This document shows, piece by piece, positions 31,262 to 40,380 of a stretch of 64,000 bases of DNA. Within the stretch, counting starts at the first letter, position 1; each line of letters starts with the position of its first letter. This DNA comes from Porphyridium purpureum (taxonomy: Eukaryota), in assembly GCA_008690995.1 (NCBI GenBank), contig VRMN01000006.1, forward strand, positions 124,001 through 188,000. Reading direction: 5' to 3'. The position numbers and the translations under genes were made by a program. Below the pieces are notes generated by a model that made no database searches, was not told the DNA's origin, and saw only the letters and a program-made list of their open reading frames with translations.

Positions 31262-34015
31262 ATGGTGCGTGTGCGCAGCCAGCGCAACATGTCGCTGCCG
31301 CTGCGGCGTGTGATGGACGCCGCGCGCCGGTGTCGACGCAGCGCGGGTGCGCGCGCGACGCGCACATTGGCGCTGTGCGCGAGCTTGAGGTGCACGCGCG
31401 TCGGGCTGATCGACGCGTGCGGTGCTGACGCTCGTCCGTCATGGCAGGCTGTCGCAGCGTGGAAGGGTCTTCGGGACAGCTCGAAGCAGGCGTTGGAGTC
31501 AAGGAAAATGATCTGGAGCGCCGCCGCAGTGCAGTCGCCCGCCGTGGAGCCTGCCACCAAGGTTGCCATCCCGGATGCCGCCGATGAACGCTGCGAGTCG
31601 CCGCTTTGCTCCTCCCAAGCACTCTTGATCATGCCGTGCACGTACCGGTCCGAGCTGCACCAGGTGAGTCTAGGACTTCTCGATCTGCTGGCCAGCACCG
31701 GCAGCTCGCGTGTGGGTTACTTTCGCGTTGTGGCCCCAACCGAATACGCCCTGAGTGGCATTAAGGATCTGGCCAAAGTACCCGTCGGGTACGGCGTCAA
31801 GCAAGAGCAGGCGCTGGACATTCTTGGTTCTGGACGTAGCGTGGACCTGCAGGAGGAAGTGCTGGCGGCGTACGAGCGGTTCAAGAAGGAGAACGAGCTG
31901 GACTTTGTCGTCGTAGACGCTGACCATGTGCCGGGCCACTCCTCAGACGCTACGTGTGTTATGTGGGCGGCACTGGCCAGGGTGATCGATGCAAATATTC
32001 TTGGCGTCGTTGATGCGGAAGCACTAGCGTTGGAGACCGGTCGGCTGTCCGTTCAGCCGGGCGCTCAGGTGCCCGTGTCAGACATCGTCTCAGTGATCAA
32101 CGACCATCGCAGATTGCTCACAGAGTCCAAGGCGCCCCTTCTGGGCACGCTCGTGATTCGCTCGCGCAACGCCGCGGCGCTAAATGAGGCGCTCCGCGTG
32201 CATCTGGGCGACTTCTCGCTGGGCGTGATTCCAATGGACAGCCAGCTGGAGTCTGCGACGCTGGTCGACATTGCGGATTGCCTGCGTGCCACCGTACACA
32301 TAGGCGAGGAGTGCCTGCAAAACTCGGTGCGCCGGGAGGCAATTTTAATCGGGACCATGGGGCTCAAAGATCTGCTGAGCTACTTGAAGCGAAAGAACCC
32401 TATGAAGTACTTTGATAAGCGCTCAGTGATGAAGGCGCTCGAGGAAGCTTTTGAAAACTCCGAGCTGCAAGGCGACGCATCGAAGCAGGTGGCTTCCTCG
32501 TGGTCTGAGCAGGCGTTTGCCGATTTCGCTCGCATTCACGTTCCTCAAGCTCTGCCGTTTGAGCTGCATGAGATCTTTGAGTTCTTGGACGAAGATCACG
32601 ACGGCAAGCTGTCGTTCGAGGACATTCAGCGTGGTTCGTCCGCGTACGTGGTAATCTGCGACTGCAGTCGAATTGACCTGATTCTTGGCCTGATGGCGAT
32701 CGACAGCTCCAAAGAATGGATGGGGCGTGTGCAGGGCATTGTGGTCACGGTGGATGACAAGGCAAGGCTGCAAGACGGCGCATACCTGGACGATCTTATG
32801 GACATGCTGCGCTCGTTCCAAGGCGAAGGCTCGTGCATTCCCGTCTTGCTGGCATCGCATCACACGTCACTCAGCGCGGCGAAAAGGATCGGCAAGTTGA
32901 GGCCCAGAATTACGGGGGTCTCGAGTCGCAAGCACGCGCGCTGCGTCACGCTGTTTGACAAGTACGTTGCAACGGATCGTCTCATGGCGTTGTTGGGTGC
33001 GAAGCGCGCTCCTCGCGTTATTTCGGCGCGTGCGTTCGAGCACATGATGTTTTCAAAGGCGCGTGCAACCCTGCGGCATATTGTGCTGGCCGAGGGCGAA
33101 GAGCCGGATATTCAACGCGCGGCGCAGGAAGTTGTATCCCGCAACTACGCCAAAGTCACGCTTTTGGGTGATCCCGAGGTGATCTTGGACAAGGCGCGCA
33201 AGGCGCGGGTCGATTTGTCAGACGCGCAGATCGTCAATCCACTAGACTCACCACAGCGCGCAAAGTACCTGCAAATGCTGATGGACCGGGAGGAGCAGAG
33301 CATGGAAGTGCACTCGGTCGCGATGAACGACGCGAACGTGTACGGCACGCTCATGGTGGAAGCCGGCGACGCGGACGCCATGGTGAGTGGGTATCTTTCG
33401 ACCACCTTTGCCACCATCCGCGCCGCGGTGAGGTACATTGGTACGCAGCCGGGCGTGTCGGTGGTTTCGTCTGTGTTTTTCATGATGCTCGACAGCGAGG
33501 TGCTGACGTACGCCGATGCTGCACTGAACCCGGACCCGTCGCCAGAAGAGCTGGCCTCGATTGCGATTGCGAGTGCCAAGACGGCGAGCAAGTTTGGCAT
33601 CAAGCCGCGCGTTGCGCTGCTTTCGTACGCGACGGGCACGTCCAACACGGGTCCGCTGATTGACAAGGTTCGCGACGCGTATGCGATTGTGCGAGAGCGG
33701 GAGCCGTCGCTGGCTGTGTACGGGCCGATCCAGTACGACGCCGCGGTGGACCCGAAAGTGGCGCGAACCAAGGTGAAGAGCGGCGACGAGTTCCACGTGG
33801 CGGGGCGGGCGAACGTGCTGATCTTCCCGAACCTGAGCACGGGGAACAACGCGTACAAGGCCGTGCAGCGGAGCACGGGCGCGGTGGCGATTGGGCCGGT
33901 GATCCAGGGCCTGCGCAAGCCCGTGAACGACCTGAGCCGCGGCGCGACGGTGAAGGAAATCTACGAAACCATCGTGCTCACCGCGTGCCTTGTGGAAGAC
34001 GCGCCACCCGCCTAA
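31262..34015 (+). CDS. PTA: Phosphate acetyltransferase (long class II form: AAA/BioD-like + DRTGG + PTA_PTB) with organellar presequence and EF-hand insert
   Basis: C-terminal PTA domain 'IVLAEGEEP', 'DAMVSG', 'VSSVFFM', 'PRVALLSYATG', 'GPIQYDAAVDP', 'TGNNAYKAVQR', 'QGLRKPVNDLSRG'. Arg/Ala-rich N-terminus. Confidence 0.9.
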   Translation: MVRVRSQRNMSLPLRRVMDAARRCRRSAGARATRTLALCASLRCTRVGLIDACGADARPSWQAVAAWKGLRDSSKQALESRKMIWSAAAVQSPAVEPATKVAIPDAADERCESPLCSSQALLIMPCTYRSELHQVSLGLLDLLASTGSSRVGYFRVVAPTEYALSGIKDLAKVPVGYGVKQEQALDILGSGRSVDLQEEVLAAYERFKKENELDFVVVDADHVPGHSSDATCVMWAALARVIDANILGVVDAEALALETGRLSVQPGAQVPVSDIVSVINDHRRLLTESKAPLLGTLVIRSRNAAALNEALRVHLGDFSLGVIPMDSQLESATLVDIADCLRATVHIGEECLQNSVRREAILIGTMGLKDLLSYLKRKNPMKYFDKRSVMKALEEAFENSELQGDASKQVASSWSEQAFADFARIHVPQALPFELHEIFEFLDEDHDGKLSFEDIQRGSSAYVVICDCSRIDLILGLMAIDSSKEWMGRVQGIVVTVDDKARLQDGAYLDDLMDMLRSFQGEGSCIPVLLASHHTSLSAAKRIGKLRPRITGVSSRKHARCVTLFDKYVATDRLMALLGAKRAPRVISARAFEHMMFSKARATLRHIVLAEGEEPDIQRAAQEVVSRNYAKVTLLGDPEVILDKARKARVDLSDAQIVNPLDSPQRAKYLQMLMDREEQSMEVHSVAMNDANVYGTLMVEAGDADAMVSGYLSTTFATIRAAVRYIGTQPGVSVVSSVFFMMLDSEVLTYADAALNPDPSPEELASIAIASAKTASKFGIKPRVALLSYATGTSNTGPLIDKVRDAYAIVREREPSLAVYGPIQYDAAVDPKVARTKVKSGDEFHVAGRANVLIFPNLSTGNNAYKAVQRSTGAVAIGPVIQGLRKPVNDLSRGATVKEIYETIVLTACLVEDAPPA

Positions 34016-34448
34016 TTTCCTGCCCCCCACCCCATCCAACGCGCACTGTAAGCGCCCGGAATCCGGAATCTCCCGCGGGAAAAATCACGTGGCGCCGCCT
34101 CAATGCGTGTAAGCCCGCTCCAATCGGGTGATTCCCGGGCGGTGCCGGTGCTGCGCGTTGCGCATTCCCTCCATGCCCGCCCCCGCCCTCGGCGCAACGG
34201 CTCGTCGGTCGCTGGCTGGCTGGCTTAATTGGGTCGGTTAATTGGTTGCGCCATGCGGGTCGCGTATCTTCCGGGCACGGCGCCGAATGGAAAGGCAAAA
34301 CACCTTCCCTTAACGTGGCACGACCATTCCCACGCACACGCACGCGCATCTCATACACGCGCGTGCGTGCGCCCGGCCGCGCGTGGAATATAGGGCGGGC
34401 GCGGGGGTGCACGCACCAACTGGGCGAGGTGGGCAGGCGGGAATGGAC

Positions 34449-34450
<2 letters not shown>

Positions 34451-34478
<28 letters not shown>
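34451..34478 (+). repeat. (GT)n microsatellite
   Basis: About 14 GT units just upstream of the small ORF at 34510. Confidence 0.95.
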
Positions 34479-34479
<1 letters not shown>

Positions 34480-34509
34480 GCATGCGTCGCAGGGAGCTGG
34501 ACAGAGGGG

Positions 34510-34872
34510 ATGGCAAGAATGAGTGCGCTGGGAACGCCGCACGGGCGCGCGCCGCGGGTGCACACCATGTGCGCGCAGAACGCAGGCCGCCACAGCTGCG
34601 CCGCAGTCAATGAGATTCGCTTCAAGTGTCTGGACCACAGCGCGCCCCCGCCGTGCACGCGCGCGCCGCGGCTGCGCTCCTCGCTCGAGTCCATACAAGA
34701 GGCAGACGAGGACGCCGCGTCCGAGCACGCAGCCGCGGGCCGCATGGAAGACGCCGACGAGCAAGCGTTCGGGCAGTTGCTCCGCTCATGCTCCGCACGG
34801 CTCGAAGCGTCGGAAATCCTCATGCACGACGTGCTTGGGGAGCAAGGAGCCTCAAGTGAGACGCTCTTATGA
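34510..34872 (+). CDS. Small hypothetical protein (120 aa)
   Basis: ATG follows the (GT)n leader. GC3-rich codons resemble neighbouring genes. Acidic helical C-half 'LESIQEADED...EQAFGQLLRSCSARLEASE'. Confidence 0.5.
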   Translation: MARMSALGTPHGRAPRVHTMCAQNAGRHSCAAVNEIRFKCLDHSAPPPCTRAPRLRSSLESIQEADEDAASEHAAAGRMEDADEQAFGQLLRSCSARLEASEILMHDVLGEQGASSETLL

Positions 34873-35758
34873 AGCGCCCGCGCAGCGTTGCCGGACCAGT
34901 GCCAAGGGAGAAGCCCCAGGGACTGTATATACTAGGCTTGACGTCCGTGCGAGAATTGTAAAACGATTCTTCAGACTTTCTTTCCGTAGCCTGCCTGATC
35001 CGATCCAGTGGATTCCGGGCGTCGCGCCTTCAGTGGGCCTGCGTCTTCAGTGCTTTTTGTGTAACACATCTTACCCATACGAACCGACCCCAAGGTACCA
35101 TGACCAAAGTGACGAACGAACGCGGCACGAAAACAACGTTCCGCCCGGAAGAAAACTGAAATCAACGCAGCAGACAAAATGACCGGGCTGTCAAACTTCC
35201 AAACGCTCGCGCTCAACGTGGGCAGAGCACATCAATCACTTGAAGCGCCTGGCCCTCGCTTCCGCAATAGTATTTGTCCGAATCCCACGCTTTCAACCTG
35301 CTCACTTCATCACGATTCAAGTCGTCGACACGTGAATCGGACGTTTCTGAATCTCCAGCACGACGACTCGGCAGTCGTTGTGCCACGAAACACGCACGAG
35401 CCGGATCTTATCCACTGTGCCGCACGCCTGTCCCATCGTGCTGTCCAAACGCCGACGCCCCAATGCATCAAACGCTGGCTTCGCAGCGCTCTGATGCAGA
35501 GCTGTCCGCACGAAGTCACGCAGGAGTCATGCGGTGCGGTGGGACTGAACATATTTTATAAGTAAACACATGTGTTTTAGTATAAAGGGGCTTGAACTTG
35601 CCTCGCAGGCGCCGATAGCACGACGGTTCACATCACAGGCGGGCAGAAGATAAAAGAGCGAAGACGCGACTGCAAAGCGGAACAGCGCAGGGCACAGCGG
35701 GCGGTGCGTGTGTGCATGTCTGCGCGGGCGCCACTGCGCTCGAGTTGGTCAGGGGGAG

Positions 35759-37852
35759 ATGGCGCGGCGTGGTCGGAAGGCTGAAGAGACTGCGGCTTCG
35801 TCGTGCTCTCGCGAAGCGCCGGGTGCACAGGTCTCTCGGAGTCGGACGGCGTTTGTCTCGGGCGGTCAGTGCGAGTTCGCGTCGGGGCGCGGCGCGGAGA
35901 AGGCGGCCTTGTGGCGTCCCGTTCGGCGGCACCCGGCCGATGTATTTGAAATATCTCCATTGCGTTCGACTCGGCATGGTGTGGCGCGAACGCTGAACCT
36001 GTCAAGCAATGGCGCCGCGCCGTCGCCCAAGCCAGCTGGCGGGGACTCGCCTGGCAAAGCGCGGTCTATGGTGGGACGTGTCGCACCTTCCTCCGCGGCA
36101 GCTTCGTCAAAGGTACCAGCGCCTAGCACAGGTGCCACGGGCAGCCGGGCGGCTGGAAAGACACCCACCGGACCGAGCGCGAACGACCCACAAAGCCACA
36201 CACACCCACAGGTTTTACAAAAGCAAGACGGCTCGCCGAATATTCGACCATACGGAAGGGGCTCTGTGTCGAAGCGCAGGAACGTATTGATTGCCCAGAT
36301 TCGAGCGATGCTCAGCGGATTGGACTCGATGTTCTTTTTCCACAGCACGTTGGACGATGACGTGGTGTCTGTGCTAACGGAGCTTCTGCGCGTGATCTCA
36401 GAATGGAGGCCACGGGCGCTCGCGTCTGACCCGTCTCCATCACATGATCATGGGGCTACGTGGCTGGATGTGACTGCCCAGCGGATGCAGGAAAGGCTGC
36501 ACTCGTCGCTGACGGAGCTGATCAGCACCTACATTCATATCTACTTTGAAAAAGTGGCGAGCCGGTCTTGGCGCTCGTACGTCCTCGAGTGCGTGCTCAC
36601 GAATGAAAATGCGTTTTCTCGGGATTGCCGCGCACAGCTTTCGCCTGGAGCACTGCAGAGCATCCGGGAAGGCGATGGATCGCTAAGTGATTACTTGGAA
36701 GTGGAAATGCTCGGAGCGGCGCGATATGACTTGGAGCGCCTCGGACCACTGTTGGACTGCAATGCCGCAACAGTCTGTGCTTGGGTGGAGGATCTGACTG
36801 GATGGACAATTCCGTGGGACAAGGAAGCCCTTTTGATTTGTGAAGGCGACCAGACAAAACCGCACCAAGCGCGCAATGTATCGCTGAGCCCCTTGCGCGC
36901 TCGCGCAGATCAACTTGTCGATGATGTCTTTCCTAAGGGTGCGTGCCTCGCTGGGAGCCTGACTCGCCTCGCAGGCTTTCACTCGATGCACGGAGCGGTC
37001 GCCACGCATTTTCGATTTCTTTACGATGAACGCTCGCTTGTGCCAGAAGGTGCAGGGTTCGGGCCTGCTGTAGATACGGATTTACTCATTGGGATGGAGA
37101 AACAGGTCCACACTCTCCGGCAGAATCTGACGTTTCTGATGCACGATCTGCCCACTCAGAACGTGCTCATGCGGGGGCCAAGGAGCTCCGCAAAAAGGGC
37201 GCTTTTGCACGCCGTGGTGAACGACGTGAACAATCGCGATGGTGGCTCGCGGCTAAAGGTGATTGACCTCGCGGGTCTTTGTGAGTTGAGCGCACTCGAA
37301 GCAGATGTGCTGCGGTCGCACCGAAACTGCGCGCGATCGGCAATCAAATACGTCGTGTTTGTGGAAGAGCTTGACCTTGAGGACGCTCCCGCGCAGGTTG
37401 CGAACTGCAGGGCTATTCTGGATTCGTGTGCAAGCGTTCGAAACCCCAACTGGATCTTTATCGCGACGAGCACGGACCAGGTGGACGCGAAGACATTGGC
37501 CTTGGCTGGTGTGGATGAGGCGCCAGACACAGACATGTTCGAAATGTTCGGGTTGCATCTCGTATTTGAGGAACCTTCACGGGAGCGGTTTCTTGAATGG
37601 ACCGTGCGGCTGTGCGAGAAAAAGCGCGTGGATATCGCGAAGGATATTATTATCCTTCGCGCGGCGCAGTATGCGCGAGAATGCCGGTCGTACTCATTCC
37701 GCACGGCGAACAACTTTGCGACGTATCTCGAAAGCGAGCAAAAGTTCTTGAGTATGAGTGCAGGCGACTTGTGGCCCCAGGAGAAGAAGAAAGCCCCACA
37801 GGTGCTTGATTGGAAGCGTCTCGTGCAGGGCGACGAAAATAGTAAAGAATAA
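35759..37852 (+). CDS. DUF815-family AAA+ ATPase-like protein with degenerate Walker motifs
   Basis: C-half 'LLIGMEKQVHTLRQNLTFLMHDLPTQNVLMRGPRSSAKRAL...YVVFVEEL...NWIFIATS...FGLHLVF...SFRTANNF' is colinear with the DUF815 pattern. Start uncertain. Confidence 0.7.
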   Translation: MARRGRKAEETAASSCSREAPGAQVSRSRTAFVSGGQCEFASGRGAEKAALWRPVRRHPADVFEISPLRSTRHGVARTLNLSSNGAAPSPKPAGGDSPGKARSMVGRVAPSSAAASSKVPAPSTGATGSRAAGKTPTGPSANDPQSHTHPQVLQKQDGSPNIRPYGRGSVSKRRNVLIAQIRAMLSGLDSMFFFHSTLDDDVVSVLTELLRVISEWRPRALASDPSPSHDHGATWLDVTAQRMQERLHSSLTELISTYIHIYFEKVASRSWRSYVLECVLTNENAFSRDCRAQLSPGALQSIREGDGSLSDYLEVEMLGAARYDLERLGPLLDCNAATVCAWVEDLTGWTIPWDKEALLICEGDQTKPHQARNVSLSPLRARADQLVDDVFPKGACLAGSLTRLAGFHSMHGAVATHFRFLYDERSLVPEGAGFGPAVDTDLLIGMEKQVHTLRQNLTFLMHDLPTQNVLMRGPRSSAKRALLHAVVNDVNNRDGGSRLKVIDLAGLCELSALEADVLRSHRNCARSAIKYVVFVEELDLEDAPAQVANCRAILDSCASVRNPNWIFIATSTDQVDAKTLALAGVDEAPDTDMFEMFGLHLVFEEPSRERFLEWTVRLCEKKRVDIAKDIIILRAAQYARECRSYSFRTANNFATYLESEQKFLSMSAGDLWPQEKKKAPQVLDWKRLVQGDENSKE

Positions 37853-37905
37853 TTTGTAATGTATCTCACCTCGTTTACACGTGCGCGCGCTCTACGCGAC
37901 CAAGC

Positions 37906-38301
37906 TCAATCGATGAGTTCGATCTTGACCGGCTTTATGTCTGCAGGAGCCTCCCAGGGCTTTTGTTCAATCAATGTGGGGATGAGATCGATTTCATTTT
38001 GTGCCTGAACCACGACGCCCTCGATGTGGCCAAAGCCCAACTTGTTCTCGAGCTCCATGACGTCCTCTGTTTCCTGTACGAGTTTAAGACGGTAGTTGAT
38101 TGTTTTCTCAGCGTTGATGCGGTACGCCGCCGATGCCGGAATATCCTCGAGCATCTTGAGCGTCTGCCTGTACAACTCTGTGAGCGTTTGGCGGATCTGC
38201 GGATCCGGCTCGTAGCCCACAGGCGGCGCAAAGCGCGTCCCGGACGAGGACACCCAGGACGGCGCGCGCGCCGCACGCTGCACGAGCGAACGCAGAAACA
38301 T
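37906..38301 (-). CDS. NDUFA5: NADH dehydrogenase (complex I) subunit NDUFA5/B13
   Basis: 'LTELYRQTL..L..IP..AAYR...E....YRL...LENKLGFGHIEGVV.QAQNE..L...KPWE'. Mitochondrial presequence MFLRSL. Confidence 0.92.
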   Translation of the reverse strand: MFLRSLVQRAARAPSWVSSSGTRFAPPVGYEPDPQIRQTLTELYRQTLKMLEDIPASAAYRINAEKTINYRLKLVQETEDVMELENKLGFGHIEGVVVQAQNEIDLIPTLIEQKPWEAPADIKPVKIELID

Positions 38302-38981
38302 GCCCACCTGAGTCGCGCGACGCGTGCAGGTCCCACCACAGTCTGCCACGCTCCTCCCTCCCGACAAACTGCGGCCGCCCGACCACCTTCAACCTCGTTC
38401 CCCCTCCTTCCCGCACACGCGCAATATTCTTAGCTGCAACAACATGCGAGTCGTCCGTTTTCTGGTATCCTGTGCTTCCTATGAAAACGAGGGTTCTTGA
38501 AGGAGCGCTCCAGCACAGCTGTACCCCTGGTGATTGGTTGCTATAAGGCGAGGGCATTTACATAGGAAGACTTGTGTCAATTGCGGACAATGTACAGTGA
38601 ATGCAGCACCTTGGCCAATTCGGAGGATGCGATGCTGCGCAAACGTGTGAGCGCCATGCGCAAGCGCATCTCTGACTGGTGACGCCAATACGGCTCTGAA
38701 CAGTCTGGATGTATACTCAGACAAGAGGCCTTGCATGGCTGTGCGCCAAAGGTCTCTTCACATGTACGCACCAAACTCAACTCGCGCGTGCCGCAGCGGC
38801 TTCGAAAAGCAGCGCACAGCGGGAAAAAAAAATGCAATCGTGCGAAGCAGGGTATGCGTGGCTCACACAACATAGGAGGGAGGAGCGTAGGGTCCCTATC
38901 TGTTCTGGTCACAGAGTCCGTCGCTATACTCTCCGCCACAGAAGTGGCAACCAGGACCGTGTTTTCAGTACTAGTCGAAAG

Positions 38982-40250
38982 TTAAAGCCATATTGGCGAG
39001 GTCAGAATCCACAGACACAGAGTCAGATTGAGGAAGAACAGCAGAAAGGTGAAGCTTGCGCGCAGGGCGAATTGGAACCTCGCGTTCCTTGCTTCTGCCT
39101 GTACGTACGCCGCGCGGGGTCGCGTTTTTTCAAACGCGCAGCATCGCAAGACGCCATCAGCCTGCACCACGCGCGGCTTGTAGCCAAACACGACCGCGCG
39201 CTTAGAGCTGAAGGTATGCTCGATTCGCAGCTTGGCCACTTCCATCCGCGAAAGAATCGGGTAGGTCCCGGTGAGGCGTGCGTAGAATTCGGCTCCGAGC
39301 GCGAGCGCGTGCGCGAATGGCCACGGAATTGCGAGCAGGACGCGTCCAATCCGGATCCCACCTGCGAAAAACATGGGATGGAAGAAGGTCTGCAGGCACG
39401 GCGCTGGATTGTTTTCCGAAATGAAGAAGGCACGTCCAGCCGTATAGTTCTTTCGGCTTTTCGGGTCGGTCTTGTGCAAAACCTGCGCCGCCAGAATGTG
39501 TGCGTCCACGACGTTAGACACATACACCCAATCCATACTCTTCTGCAGAATGGGGAGGATACGAGTACTGTGCAATCCAACAAGCGCAAGTGCACGTTGC
39601 CGTTCAAAGTGAAAGTTCTCGCCAGGCCCGTAGATTCCACACGGCCGTAGCGCACACGTCCTCATGTCCAGAATACCATCTGCACCCAGCACACGTCTTT
39701 CTCCTTCGGCCTTGGTCGCGGAGTAGGCGTCCATGTGCCGTTTGGGAATTGGCGCCGTCATCTCGTCCGCCATGCGAAAGCTGCGCTTGCCGTCAAACAC
39801 AACGTTGTGGGTCGATGTATAGATGAAGCTGCGTACTCCACACATGCGTGCGAGTTGGAGCGCTTCCTCAACACCCAGAACGTTAACAGCGTACGCCGTG
39901 TTGCCGTTGAGATCGCGCGGACTACTCGACGCGACGTAAAACACCGAACCTCCGTTCGCGCGCTCAAAAATTTCCCTGCTGCTCTGCTCAAGAACGCCAG
40001 CGCCCAGCACCGCTTCGCAGTAGCTCACCTGCTTGAGCCGCAGCAGTGGGGCAGGAGGCGGCTTAACATCCATCACAATGACCTCATTTACCAACCCGGG
40101 TGCGACCATCTGCGCCAAAGTCCATGCCAGGCACGAGCCGACATAGCCGCTCCCGCCCAACACCACACACGTACCCAGAGCGGTGCCGTGGAAGAACTGC
40201 GAGTCAAACGGCTCCAGCATCCCAGCCGTGTCGAACACGCTCTTATCCAT
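38982..40250 (-). CDS. 3-beta-hydroxysteroid dehydrogenase/SDR42E1-like extended SDR
   Basis: 'VLGGSGYVG', 'IYTSTHNVVFDG', 'DAYSATK', 'TCALRPCGIYGPGE', 'DWVYVSNVVDAH'. C-terminal TM. Confidence 0.85.
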   Translation of the reverse strand: MDKSVFDTAGMLEPFDSQFFHGTALGTCVVLGGSGYVGSCLAWTLAQMVAPGLVNEVIVMDVKPPPAPLLRLKQVSYCEAVLGAGVLEQSSREIFERANGGSVFYVASSSPRDLNGNTAYAVNVLGVEEALQLARMCGVRSFIYTSTHNVVFDGKRSFRMADEMTAPIPKRHMDAYSATKAEGERRVLGADGILDMRTCALRPCGIYGPGENFHFERQRALALVGLHSTRILPILQKSMDWVYVSNVVDAHILAAQVLHKTDPKSRKNYTAGRAFFISENNPAPCLQTFFHPMFFAGGIRIGRVLLAIPWPFAHALALGAEFYARLTGTYPILSRMEVAKLRIEHTFSSKRAVVFGYKPRVVQADGVLRCCAFEKTRPRAAYVQAEARNARFQFALRASFTFLLFFLNLTLCLWILTSPIWL

Positions 40251-40380
40251 CTTGCCCAATCATCCCCATAAACACAAACCCCAAGCTCGCAGCGCCCTCC
40301 GCTGACGTACGCAACAACACGTCCAACTTGCTTCCGAGGTCGCCCATCTCTCGAACTTGACGACTTGTGGTTGAGGGGCG

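Noticed and set aside
34880..35700. Possible ncRNA/snoRNA in the long intergenic stretch
   Set aside because: No convincing C/D or H/ACA box pairs or tRNA cloverleaf seen by eye. An Infernal/Rfam search would be needed.
38709..39650. 313-aa plus-strand ORF
   Set aside because: Mostly antisense to the 3-beta-HSD gene; no recognisable domain.
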